DNA of 32,382 nt from assembly GCF_001194135.2 (NCBI RefSeq), contig NC_068987.1:73378967-73411348 (forward strand), given 5' to 3'. The notes below the pieces were generated by a model. It saw nothing but the letters and a program-made list of their open reading frames with translations, was not told the DNA's origin and did not search any database. Both the position numbers and the translations under genes were made by a program. This document shows, piece after piece, positions 10,814 through 22,479 of this stretch (its first letter is position 1; every line of letters begins with the position of its first letter). Source of the stretch: Octopus bimaculoides. Taxonomy: Eukaryota.

Positions 10814-11367
10814 AAACCTGATACATAAATAGAACAACTTTCAGAATTAATAACTAAATTAAATATGGAAGGAAATATGTATTAAATAGTGATATTGACA
10901 AATATTTCGTAAATGCAAGAGAATATCTTTTTTTATTAGCTTTAGCAAATAACAAGCTTCAAGAAAAAGGATAGATACGTTATATGTACTAACAACAAGA
11001 ATAATAACGGCGGTAACCACAACAGAAGGACTAACACCGAATCTAACAAAGTAGACGTTATCAAAAAAAAAAAGACCCAATAAAAGACAACAACAGCAAA
11101 CAACAAGGAAACAACAACAACACGAGGTTTAACACTAGCTTCAAAAGTAACAACAGACAACAGTAGCTGAGTGGAACATTTGTGAAGAGCAAAGTTGAGC
11201 AGCGGAAGGAGAGAGAAAGTGGGGAGAGAGATTAAGGCGAAAAGGGTGAAAACGGAGATTGAATAAGATAACACACAATTAATGTTCATTAAACTTTATT
11301 TAACTCCATATTATCTCTTTCACTCTCCCACCTCACCCTCCCTCCCTCTTTCTGTCTTCTCTTATGT

Positions 11368-11374
<7 letters not shown>

Positions 11375-11399
<25 letters not shown>

Positions 11400-11825
11400 C
11401 GGCATTATGTCTTTCTATCTCTGTTTATCTGTCTTTTTCCTGATCACTTGGTTGTGAGTGCGTGTGTGTGTGTGTGTGTGCTGTGTATATGTGTGTGTGT
11501 GTGTGTGTGAGTGTGTGCAGAGAGGGAGAGAGAAAGGGAGAGTGGGAGGGGGTGACCGTATGTGTGAGTGATGTATGTATATGTATATGCATATATATTT
11601 GTAGGTATGCGTGCGTACGTGTACACATATAAACAATACACACAACTATATACCATATATATATATATATATATATATGGTATGTATATATACCTATTAC
11701 ACATGTGAGAGTGTGTGCATGTATGTGTATATATATATACATACATATATATATCATTGTCACATCAAATTTCACCATCCCCTCTCCATCTCTATCCTTC
11801 TCTCTTCTCTCTCTCTCTCTCTCTC
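11375..11825. repeat. Cluster of (CT)n, (GT)n, (TA)n and (TATG)n microsatellites
   Basis: Seen directly; source of the YIYI/HTHT/SLSL ORFs. Confidence 0.9.
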
Positions 11826-12917
11826 AAACACTGCTACCTTCTCAGTCTATTTGTCACCTCTCACCGCCACCACTTAATAATCAGTACCCAACAGCAACTA
11901 TGTGATCAACTCTTACATCTGTGACCTTTCCTAATAGCTGTCCGTATGATGGATCTGTATGTAGTTACCCCTAGTTTTGTGATTTGTTGTTGTTGTTGTG
12001 TGTGAGTGTTTGTGCGTGCACGTGTGTATGCATGAACGTGTGTGTGTGCGTGTGTATATGTGAACGTGTGTGTGTGCGTGTGTCTGTGGGTTGGGAAGTG
12101 AGAGTTCTTGTTTCTGAGTTGGTGCGCGTCAGTATAAGTGGTTGATACATGTTTTAAATATCTATGTGTTTTGATACACGCGTAGAACACGTGTTCATAA
12201 TTTATTGAAATAGATAGACATACATAGAGAGAGAGTCGGGCAACTGGATAGCTACGTATACCATACAGACACATAGACAGAATAGATAGATACACACCTA
12301 TACAAGCAAGCAAATAGGGATTGAGGAAGAGACAGAGAGACAACGAGATTGGTTGTAAGTAATAAAGACAAAGAACCATTTAAAAAGGATACCTAGATAT
12401 ATAGAACATGTAGACTTATGTTTATATAGTATAGTTTATTTTTCATCATGTTTAACCACTTCACGCTATTTTTACGTTTCTGTATATTACATAGATATAG
12501 CAAATCTATCTTATTTCTTGAGGTTATTTGCCAAAGTTAATAAACTAAGGTAATATTGTCTTGCATTTACTAAATATTCGTCAATATCACCGATATTTAC
12601 TATAGCTTTCCATATTTAGTTATTAATTCTGAAGTTTGGGCTACTTATGTGTCAGATTTTATACATAATGCAGTAGACTTTGAGTGATTTGCAGTTTTGG
12701 GTGATTTCAATAAATATTGGAAGGTCTAGATAAATAATAATGTCGCACATCGCATGAAGTAGCGTTAAATGAAATATATTCACATGAAGCCATATTCAAC
12801 ACATTCGGGTGCCTTCAGACGTGAGCAGACCTTTCGCTGTCGAGATAGTCCCGGGAGAAAGTGCTTATCTTAGTCATGAGTGAAGACACAGGATCGGCTG
12901 TGAATAAGGTCATTCGT

Positions 12918-13514
12918 GGATTTATTTCAAAACGGGGGCACCAGTTTTCATTTATGTTTTATGTAGTGTTTTTGGTACGGAAAGACTTTCAAACTTCGTA
13001 TACTTATCTATTTTGTGTTATAGAACAGAAAAAAATGTTTGTATTCAAATTTATTTCATGTAAAAAATTGTCTTATTTCGATAATTTCTACTAATCACTG
13101 ACGTCTATTCAGTTGAAAACAGTTAGCGCTGTAACGGTGTATATCGTATTAATCCCCTAACCCTAACCCTAACTAGACTGTTAACCGTAACCCTAAAACT
13201 AACCCTAACTCTAGAATCCGAACTCTNNNNNNNNNNNNNNNNNNNNNNNNNNNNNNNNNNNNNNNNNNNNNNNNNNNNNNNNNNNNNNNNNNNNNNNNNN
13301 NNNNNATTGAGCTGAATAGACGTCAGTGATTGGTTGAAATTACAGAAATACGACAACTTTAACATGGAATAACTTGCGATGTACGTTTTTTTGTTAAGAA
13401 GACTAAGAGTAAAAGATGTTTTATATGACACATTCTACCAGTGTCCCAAGTTTCAAAGTGTTTCGTTAGTGTTTCGTTAAGAAAATACTGGTGCCCCCGT
13501 TTTGAAATAGATCC
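12918..13514. mobile_element. MITE related to 9586-10470, with 8-bp TSD TCATTCGT and an internal (CCCTAA)-like tract
   Basis: The end GGATTTATTTCAAAACGGGGGCACCAGT is inverted against ACTGGTGCCCCCGTTTTGAAATAGATCC. TCATTCGT occurs at 12910-12917 and 13515-13522. An inner inverted repeat lies at about 13091-13112 and 13311-13332. Confidence 0.92.
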
Positions 13515-13635
13515 TCATTCGTTTATAAACACATGCGTTTCTGTAGCATTTGACTTTGTCAGGTAGGAACACCAAATCTCTCGCTCGCAGCCCGATAAGA
13601 ACAAAATTATTCTTATTGAAACAGCATATGGTATG

Positions 13636-14715
13636 TACGAGATGGTATCAAAAAGTTCCCGGACTAGTTATGTTGGCATTGTCCTGGTATTAGCTGTCAG
13701 AAGTGAAAGTATAAAAATCTGACAAGGAACATTACTGCTGGTTTGAGTTGATTCTTAGGCTACTGACTGGCCGGAGCTATCTGTCTGTCTGTCTGTCTGT
13801 CATTCGTCCACCTTTGCTTGTTTCCGTAGAATTTAAACAGTGCCGTTATGTTTAATAAAAATAACTTATTTGCCTAAGTTTTAACATCATCTCTTTCGAA
13901 ATAATATCACTTTGTGTAGCAATACTCCGGTCCCAACGTTCCTGTCACTTTTGGAATCCGGCCGGGAAGTCGTTTTCCGTAAGCGAGTCGAGGACCTTCT
14001 GCGATTCGCCCTTGATCTCGACAACGGTGTTTACGCAGCGACCTTTGAGCGGTTTTTTTTTTTAATCTCGTGGAAGAAATGGGAGTCTGCAGGTGCTAAA
14101 TCTGGCGAAGAGAGCGGGTGCGGAAGAGATACCGTATTGTTTTTCGCGAGAAACCCACAAGTGAGAAGAGCTCGGTGACAGGGTCTTCGTGCTTCACAGA
14201 TCCGGTCATTTTCCTATAATGTCCTCCCTCAAATGCTTCAAAACATCGCTGATTGTCCTCTGATGATCCTCGTGTACTAAGCTGATGAATTTTCTCCACA
14301 TTTCCAGGGGTGGCGCTCGTGGCAGGTCTTCCAGATCACTCATCGTCTTCCAGGAACGTTCTTTCGCTTTTGAAGTGCGTGTGCCACTCGAAACATTGCT
14401 TACGACCCATTGCCTCATTGCCATAAGCTTGCCGAAGCATGCTCAATGTCTCTGTAGCAGATTTCCAAAGTTTAACGCAAAATTTCACGTTTGCTCTTTA
14501 TTCCAACTTCCTGTCCATGACAAAAATCGCAGACTATAGCATAAACCTGATCACAAAAACACAAATTTCACAACTTGTGAAGTAAACTCAACGATGTCAC
14601 TCGGCACACAGCCTCATGAAAATCACCGCTGGCTCTAACTGTGCACGCAACCGTGTGCTGCCATCTGGTGGCGTGCTACAGAACTACTCTGGGACCTTTT
14701 TGGTACCGCTTGGCA
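13636..14715 (-). mobile_element. Mariner (DD34D-type) transposon, internally deleted
   Basis: TIR TACGAGATGGTATCAAAAAGTTCCCGGACTAGT at 13636 with a diverged inverted copy at 14683-14715. Transposase remnant 14518-13874 reads RANVKFCVKL..EDDERSGRP, HPLSSPDLAPAD and YYFE; the D1 region is deleted. Confidence 0.88.
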
Positions 14716-14861
14716 TGTTAATGTTCGTGAAGCTTGGCCAAGCTACAATTAAATAAATAATACTCCCACCAATACCGATGTGCATATTTACCAGATAACA
14801 CTCGACAATTAGTTCCATTTTACTGAAGGTTAATGCCAAGTCTACGGTGCATCGTCTGTGT

Positions 14862-17159
14862 TGTAACGTAATTGTTACGTACAATAAATAAGATAACCAG
14901 ACAACAGTAAAAACAATGTAACGAACTAACAAATATCTTTACGAACCAACAATCAATATTCCTTGTTAACTAACCAACCGACACTCATTATTTAGTTCGT
15001 CCTTAGCTTTTCTTGGAGCTCTTTTGAACATGTCGACAAATCTTTTCGCCCACCCATTTGACCTTGGGTGGTAGGGAAGAGTAAAGATGTGCTTTACGGC
15101 ATGTATTTTGCAGAAATTTAATTAATTGTGTTCAATTATCTGAAACTAACATGTCTAGAACACTGTATCGAGCAAATAACTCGAGTAGAAACTTTGTTGT
15201 CTTTGCTGTGGGTTTATTACATCTGCATACCTCTGGTCGCTTTGTAAAGCTATCCACAACGATAAGATGGTATGCGCCGTTCACTGGTCCAGCGTAGTCG
15301 ATATGTATCTTGGACCATGGGCTTTCAGTCGGAACTGTCCATTTCACGCAATCCACTTTTTTCAATGATTCTGTTTTTTTTTCAAATCTGTCCAACTCAA
15401 TGTCCACTTGCTTCAAAAGGCACTTTCCTATTAGGCTTGAACACGGGTGCAATGTTATCGTCTAATTCAAAACACGCATAGACCTAGTTTGTCCGAAAGT
15501 ACTTGCTGAAACATTAAAAAAAATTTTCTCTTTAACTCTTCAGACGAATTATTTTTAGAGGGACAACCATTTACGTTTTTACAAGAGAGATTTACGGGAA
15601 GGTCCCATAAATCGAATAATTCTAACCAATCGGGACCCAACAGATCGGTTGCATTTTTAACAATCAAGACTTTCGCCTTGCATGTTTTTCCCCGAAATGT
15701 GACACCAATCCACATTTCGTCTATGAAATTACATTTCTCAACATAGGTTTCCCTATTTTCTTCCATGTGTCTATATTTATTACTGAAATATCATTTCCAG
15801 TATCCAGTTGAAGTTTAATATGTATTCTATTAATTTTTACGTGTACGAATTTTCTTACGTGGGAGTCGATTTTTGTTTCTGCTGAGAGCTCTCAAGGATT
15901 TTTAATGTTTGACCTTCGTAATTTTGTTCTGCAGTGTGAACTCTGGTGACCAGTTCTTTTGCAACCGTAACATTTATTTTTAAATGGACAGTCTTTTCTG
16001 AAATGTATGCCTCCACCTCCATAACATGGATTAGGACGTGGCGCTTCTTTTTTTGGGGGTGGGGGTGGGGGGTACTTTTCTGGTCGGCATATCTGTATTT
16101 TTGAAGAATCCTTTGCTTGAATTTTTTCTACATCGTGTTTCAGGTTTACCATCCTTTGTCATTCTTCAGCCACGGACTGTAAAGTTAGATCTTAGTTAGC
16201 TTGTTCCAATTTAGAAAGAATTCTTACCCAAATCTCTGTATCTTCGTTTGCTGTAAGGCCTTGTACGAAAATAAAACACTTGAACATCTCGGGTGTAAGT
16301 TCTTTGAACTTAAAATTTTCACACATCCTGTTGACAGTTCTTGTGTATGTGATAAAATCATCATTCTCTTTTTTTGTTATATTCCAACACTTCATTCGAA
16401 TGTTAACGAGAAGTTTTATCACTGAATATGTTACACAGTAATTCTATTGTTTCTTTAAAACAAATTTCATTAAATTTTTTGGGCAATATGAAATTACAGT
16501 AACGTTCATGCTCTAACGGAGCAAATTTTCGGAATAACAATTTCACTTTTTGTTCGTCCGACCATAATCTGCAATCTTATTTAAAAACTTCCTCGTACCT
16601 TCTGTAGTACGATATAAAAGTTATACCCACCTCTGGGTTATAACTGAATTCATTAATCGAGTTCGAAACGCCGTCTGGCGAAAACGAACTTCCCTCATTT
16701 TTGGACTTTTAAAAATCTAACTTCAATAATTGTTGTTGTTGTTATAGTTGTTGCTGTAATAGTTTCTTCTGCAACTCTTGCTGCTGCTGCTGTTGTTGCT
16801 TTTGCAACTGTACTATGGAAGCTAATAGGTCTTCCATTATTTAACAAGTTGTATCCCGAACAAATTGTTAAATAACCTACGTGAGCTTCGAAACCCTTGT
16901 TGCCAGATGTAACGTAATTTGTTACGTACAATAAATAAGATAACCAGACAACAATAAAAACAATTTAACAAACTAACAAATCTCTTTACGAACCAACAAT
17001 CAATATTCCTTGTTAACTAACCAACCGACACCTTCCAACTTCACTGCGAACTAACACGTACTTCACTCGCTGAACCTCGAACTCACTCGGGTCGTTACTA
17101 TTTATACTTTACTCGGACTAGTCTATCTCTCGCAAGGGGGCATCATAACTCTCATCACA
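14862..17159 (-). mobile_element. Ty3/gypsy LTR retrotransposon, doubly deleted (no RT, RNase H or PPT; half of the 3' LTR missing)
   Basis: Complete 252-bp LTR at 16908-17159 (TGT..ACA, with TATAAATA), then a PBS-like TGGCAAC 2 nt inside. Gag has two knuckles (CYGGGGIHFRKDC, CYGCKRTGHQSSHC). Protease end is DLLGPDWLE; integrase reads WSKIHIDYAGP, LVSDN and YHPRSNGWAKRFV. The partial LTR at 14862-14984 differs by 4 substitutions and 1 indel. Confidence 0.92.
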
Positions 17160-17499
17160 GCAGTCTGCTTGACAGAAACAAAATATCTTGTCCAGAAAAA
17201 CTAAATACATAGTACACATACATTTATTTTAATGTGCATGTGATAGAAAACCATGCTAAAAACAGATCTGCTAAACGTTCGAAACCTTTATAGTGGATCA
17301 CAGCTCGTTTTCTTGTTGTTCTTGCTCTCAAGTGCGTTATCATCATTTCATCTATGCCGGAGACAGAAATTCTGTGTTCTAAAGTTCTATTTCACTCTTT
17401 TTTGACCTCTGCTTCATTAGACCATCTACTTAACTCAGCGTTAAACAAAATAAGCACTTGCTTAGGGCATCAAGGGAAGGAGGTGGCACTACAGAAATG

Positions 17500-17831
17500 G
17501 TAAACGGTGTACTACTCAAAAGAAATCACTTTAAGCTTGTTAAAGTTCTGGATTCCTTATCTCTACTAAGTATAGAAGCAGATGTTTTACGTAAGATTAA
17601 CTTTGAGAATCTAATCAAAGATTTTGCAATTAAAAAAAGACGGGGAAAATTTTCAAATATGAATAAAGTGGAAGTATATAAAACATATTTTCCATGTTAC
17701 TGTTGGTTTTATTTTGAAAAATAAAAATTTATTTTGTGGTTTATTATTATTTATATTTTGAATTATATATATTTGGGGGCACCAAAATCTTTTAAGTATT
17801 TAGAGCCTAAATGGATTTTAATTCGGCTCTG
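17500..17831 (+). mobile_element. hAT transposon 3' end fragment
   Basis: LDSLSLLSIEADVLRKINFENLIKDFAIKKRR resembles the end of the hAT dimerisation domain. The terminus TTAATTCGGCTCTG (reverse CAGAGCCGAATTAA) is hAT-like. Confidence 0.7.
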
Positions 17832-17946
17832 ACTTAATTCCTCTATATAAGCTCAGAGAGGTAGTACATTCCAGCACTTTGCTTCCTATTTTTCTAATTG
17901 AAAAGACGCTGCAGCCTTTTTATTATTATCATTTTAATTTTTCTGT

Positions 17947-18166
17947 AAGGAAGTGAGCGGGTAGAATTGTTAGCACACTGGACGGGATGCTTGGTGGTAT
18001 TTCGCCCGTCGCAACGTTCTGAGTTCAAATTCTACCAAAGTCGACTTCGCCTTCCATCTTTTCGGAGTCGATAAATTAAGTTCCAGTGAAACACTGAAGT
18101 CGATGTGATCAATTAGTCCGCTCCCACAAAATTTCAAGCCTTGTACATTTAGTAGAAAGAATTATT
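17947..18166 (+). mobile_element. tRNA-SINE, family B, near full length
   Basis: Degenerate A-box, B-box GAGTTCAAATT, central GCCTTCCATCTTTTCGGAGTCGATAAATTAAG and an ATTATT tail. Confidence 0.8.
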
Positions 18167-18683
18167 GTAATTTTTCTTGAGATACAGTATAATCTAGAAC
18201 TACATTATCCGATATGGCTTCTTTTTCTAATAATTTATCTTGTGACTTGTGGGAAATTTGGCTGCAAGTCGAGTGACTACGTAGAAGCTCACAATGTTTG
18301 ACCGCAAGAACAATCTAGCCATGTTTAATATAACAGATGCATATTTATATTTTATTTGATATCGAAGCAGGCGAATATGAAAGTTTTATGCGATGGATAT
18401 CATGTTCGTTTGGTAAACAAAGATATCTCAGTTTTCATGCTAGATCAGTAATAGTTTTCTATCCTAAGGTGGTTATCTGCAAATGTAGAAAGTTTTATAT
18501 TATTTCTATCAATTCAAATTATTTTTGCTAATAGACGAAACAAACTTGTAAACATCACACACACACACACGCGTGTATGCGTGTGTGTGTGCGTGTGTGT
18601 ATGTGTGTTGTGTACATGTGTACGTGTTTGTGTGTATGTGTGTGTGCATGTGTATGTAATGTGCGTGCGCGCACGTGTATAGT

Positions 18684-18907
18684 CTATCTTTTACCTTTTA
18701 CTTGTTGCAGTCATTGGACTGCGGCCATGCTGTGGCACCGCCTTGAAGAACTTTTAATCGAATGAATCGACACCAGTATTGTTTTTTTCTTTTAAGCCTG
18801 GTACTTATTGTATTATCTTTTTTGCCGAACTGCTAAGTTATGGGAACATAAACACACCAACACCGGTTGTCAAGCGTTGGGGTGAGAAGGGCAAACACAA
18901 ACACAAA

Positions 18908-18944
<37 letters not shown>

Positions 18945-19080
18945 TTCCATTTACCAAATCCACTCAACAAGGCTTTAGTCAACCCGAGGAGCCGAGGCAA
19001 CAGTAGAAGGCACTTGCCCAAAGTATCATGCAGTGGGACTGAACCCGGAACCATATGGTTGGGAAGTAAACTTCTTACTA
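18684..19080 (-). mobile_element. tRNA-SINE, family A, near full length (5' tip lost in the gap)
   Basis: Reverse complement of the 8709 copy, extended by a longer 3' part; internal (CA)n. Confidence 0.88.
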
Positions 19081-19809
19081 NNNNNNNNNNNNNNNNNNNN
19101 NNNNNNNNNNNNNNNNNNNNNNNNNNNNNNNNNNNNNNNNNNNNNNNNNNNNNNNNNNNNNNNNNNNNNNNNNNNNNNNNNNNNNNNNNNNNNNNNNNNN
19201 NNNNNNNNNNNNNNNNNNNNNNNNNNNNNNNNNNNNNNNNNNNNNNNNNNNNNNNNNNNNNNNNNNNNNNNNNNNNNNNNNNNNNNNNNNNNNNNNNNNN
19301 NNNNNNNNNNNNNNNNNNNNNNNNNNNNNNNNNNNNNNNNNNNNNNNNNNNNNNNNNNNNNNNNNNNNNNNNNNNNNNNNNNNNNNNNNNNNNNNNNNNN
19401 NNNNNNNNNNNNNNNNNNNNNNNNNNNNNNNNNNNNNNNNNNNNNNNNNNNNNNNNNNNNNNNNNNNNNNNNNNNNNNNNNNNNNNNNNNNNNNNNNNNN
19501 NNNNNNNNNNNNNNNNNNNNNNNNNNNNNNNNNNNNNNNNNNNNNNNNNNNNNNNNNNNNNNNNNNNNNNNNNNNNNNNNNNNNNNNNNNNNNNNNNNNN
19601 NNNNNNNNNNNNNNNNNNNNNNNNNNNNNNNNNNNNNNNNNNNNNNNNNNNNNNNNNNNNNNNNNNNNNNNNNNNNNNNNNNNNNNNNNNNNNNNNNNNN
19701 NNNNNNNNNNNNNNNNNNNNNNNNNNNNNNNNNNNNNNNNNNNNNNNNNNNNNNNNNNNNNNNNNNNNNNNNNNNNNNNNNNNNNNNNNNNNNNNNNNNN
19801 NNNNNNNNN

Positions 19810-21415
19810 TATCAAATTTAATAATAAATTTTGAGTTCGAAAAGATAGACTTGATTGTTTTGATACAACAATGGGAGCAGGTGACTCCACCCAAATCTCT
19901 GATCTAGTCGGTATTTATATTCTATCCGAAATGGCTGACCAATTCCCATATTTTTTCGGTTGATTATATCGCGACGATGGTCTTCTTTACCTCCAAATTA
20001 TCTTTAAAAAAAAAAAAGTAACATCGGCTTAAGTATTACCTTTGATGATGATAGAACAAAAGTTAATTTCTTTGACCTTACATTCAACTTATATGCAGCT
20101 TTGTATTACCCATGCCATAAACCTTCAACTAATCTAAAGTATATCAGTTTTTTTAGCAATCATCCTGCAAATATAATAAAAAATGTAGTTTAAAATATTT
20201 CGCTTAGACTCTAAATTATCCGCTAATGTAAATATTCTTAATAATAATGCTGACTTCTATAATTCGTAAGGCAGGATACAAGGAGCAAATTAAGTATTAT
20301 AACTTTTTTGATCCTAGTTTTGGATCCTAGATAGTTTAGGATCCTAGATAGTAGTCATACTACTACTAGTAATAATAATACTCATAATGTTTCTTCTATA
20401 GGCAATAATCGAGGCTATAATTCCTTACATCGTCATATTCAAAAAGTAAATTTCTAAATAAACAGTCTAAGGGAGGTAACTATATTTCCCCATCCTTTAT
20501 CTGTAAAAATAAAAAATAAAAACTCCAGGTTTTTTAATGAGAAATCTTCCTATAAATTGCATGACCCTAGTAAAACTGTTTAGTTTGTTATTCCATACGG
20601 TAAACAAATGAAAAGTTATCTTCCTCGCTTGTATCGCGAAGCCATCGAAAGGAACTTCTCCAAAAATGCGAGGTACCACTCTATTCTTAACTCACATCAT
20701 ATCAGAATTGCTTTTTCCAACACTAATAATCTCCTACAAATTATCTCTTCCCATAACAATTATATTCTTAACGCTAAAAGTAATCCGCTTAATAACTATA
20801 ATAACAATAATATTAATAATAATAATCATTCCTTAAATTATAATACTAATAGTAATATTACTTATAATTGTGATCTGAATAGAGCATGTGTTCTCAACGG
20901 AAATTGCAAAATTAAAAATGTTGTTTATGAACGCAAAGTTACTTTAGGAACAAAAGAAGTTTTCTATGTTGGCCTTTCCTCCACGGAAATAAAACGAAAT
21001 GCGTAGCCAATCATCTTTCCACATTTAAATATATTTAAATATATTAATAAACGTAATAGTACAGGTCTTGGTAAACTAATTTGGCATCTCAAAGACTGTA
21101 ACAAACAATTTTCTTTGGACTGGAAAATTTTGTCAAGATCTTTTTGCCCTCTTTGTACTGACGAACAACTATTTATCCTTTTTTCCAAACACACATTTGT
21201 CAACACCTATAAAGAACGTGTTTACTGGTGTTTACATTGAAAAAAACACACTTTCAGCTATTTCAAATAATATCTGCCCCCTTTGCTTAATAATATCTGT
21301 AACTTTCACTTTATTCTTTTCTTTCCGCACATCCCATTCTTTCCTTTATCATTTCTATCCATTTGTCATTCACCTTTCTTAAAATTACTAGCGTTCTCTA
21401 TCCACCTTTTATTTG

Positions 21416-21487
<72 letters not shown>

Positions 21488-21710
21488 GTATGTATATAAT
21501 ATATATACATCTTATATAAAAATTTCTTACATTTGTAAAAATGTCTTATTAATAAACACTATTATTTATAATCTCCTCCCTGATGAGATTGATACACTAT
21601 TCCACCTCATTTTCCCTCCCCGATTTATTTTAATGCATCCATCGAAACATAAATGCCTGTGATATAAATGATTTAAATAACATCTTGTGCGTTTGTCTCT
21701 ATTTTCCATT
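19810..21710 (+). mobile_element. Penelope-like element (RT and GIY-YIG endonuclease), degenerate, with 3' pLTR-like region
   Basis: FDTTMGAGDSTQISDLVGIYIL, LYRDDGL, KVNFFDLTFNL, NHPANIIK, CVLNGNCKIKNVVYE..FYVGLSST (GIY-YIG) and TGLGKLIWHLKD. A (CA)n(TA)n tract lies at 21417-21490 and a hammerhead core follows. Confidence 0.88.
21573..21700 (+). ncRNA. Probable degenerate type I hammerhead ribozyme of the Penelope element
   Basis: CTGATGA at 21580-21586; stem II GATTGAT (21587-21593) against ATCCATC (21637-21643); GAAA at 21644-21647. Stem I does not pair convincingly. Confidence 0.55.
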
Positions 21711-21729
21711 TCTCTTATATATATATATA

Positions 21730-22272
21730 AAGTTCCGAAGATTTCTTGGAATGTTCCGAGGATATGACAGGTGCTCCCTGGAAAATTCAGAGGACTTCGA
21801 AGATTTCATGGAAAGTTCCGAGGATGAGATAGGTACTTCCTGGAAAACTAAGAGGATTTCCTGGTAAATTCCAAGGATTTCCTGGAAAGTTCCGAGGTTG
21901 GAATAGGTAACTTCATGAGAAATTCCGGGAAGTTCCTGGAAAATTCCGAGGATTTCATGGAAAGTTACGAGGATTTCATGTGAAGTTCCGAGGATTTCAT
22001 GGAAAGTTGCGTGGATGGGATAGGTACTTCCATGAGAATTCCGGGAACTTCCTGGAAAACTCCGAGGAATTCATGGAAAATCCCGAGTATTTCCTGGAAA
22101 GTTCCGAGAATTTCGTGGAAAGTTCCGAGGATGGGATAGGTACTTCCTGGAAATACCAGGGGGGGACTTCCTGGAAAGTTCCAGGAATTTCATGGAAAAT
22201 TCCGAGGAATTCATGGAAAGTTGCGAGGATTTAATGGAAAGTTCCGAGGATGGGATAGGTACTTCCTGGAAT
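21730..22272. repeat. Minisatellite of 21-nt units (GGAAAGTTCCGAGGATTTCAT) and 32-33-nt units with about 117-bp higher-order periodicity
   Basis: Units parsed by eye. The long-unit marker ATAGGTA occurs at 21829, 21903, 22020, 22136 and 22255. Confidence 0.93.
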
Positions 22273-22478
22273 ATCGACCCCAGGACTTATTCTTTGTAAG
22301 CCTAGTACTTATTCTATCGTTCACATTTTGCCGAACCGCTAAGTTACGGGCACAGAAACACGCCAGCATCGGTTGTCAAGCGATGTTTGGGGTACAAACA
22401 CATACGCACACATACACACACACACATATATATATATATATACATATATACGATGGGCTTCTTTCAGTTTCCGTCTAC
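22273..22478 (-). mobile_element. tRNA-SINE, family A, central fragment
   Basis: Homologous to 18763-18960 and 8845-8985; internal (CA)(TA) tract. Confidence 0.85.
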
Positions 22479-22479
22479 A

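Noticed and set aside
10942-11289. Hydrophobic 115-aa ORF resembling a membrane protein
   Set aside because: It is the reverse reading of degenerate (ACA)n and purine-rich low-complexity DNA.
13155-13210. True telomere or chromosome-fusion scar
   Set aside because: The tract is short, degenerate and enclosed within a TSD-flanked MITE.
17160-17243. Extension of the gypsy LTR to ..TGTGCA (17238) with TGTGT/TGTGA as a TSD
   Set aside because: The match is imperfect, and 16908-17159 already has canonical TGT..ACA termini.
21980-22234. Heptad-repeat ORF (FMESSED-like units)
   Set aside because: A consequence of the 21-nt unit; the 32-33-nt units shift the frame and stops interrupt it.
21730-22272. 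CRISPR-like appearance of the repeat array
   Set aside because: There are no unique spacers (inter-repeat sequence is itself repeated), no cas genes, and the context is eukaryotic.
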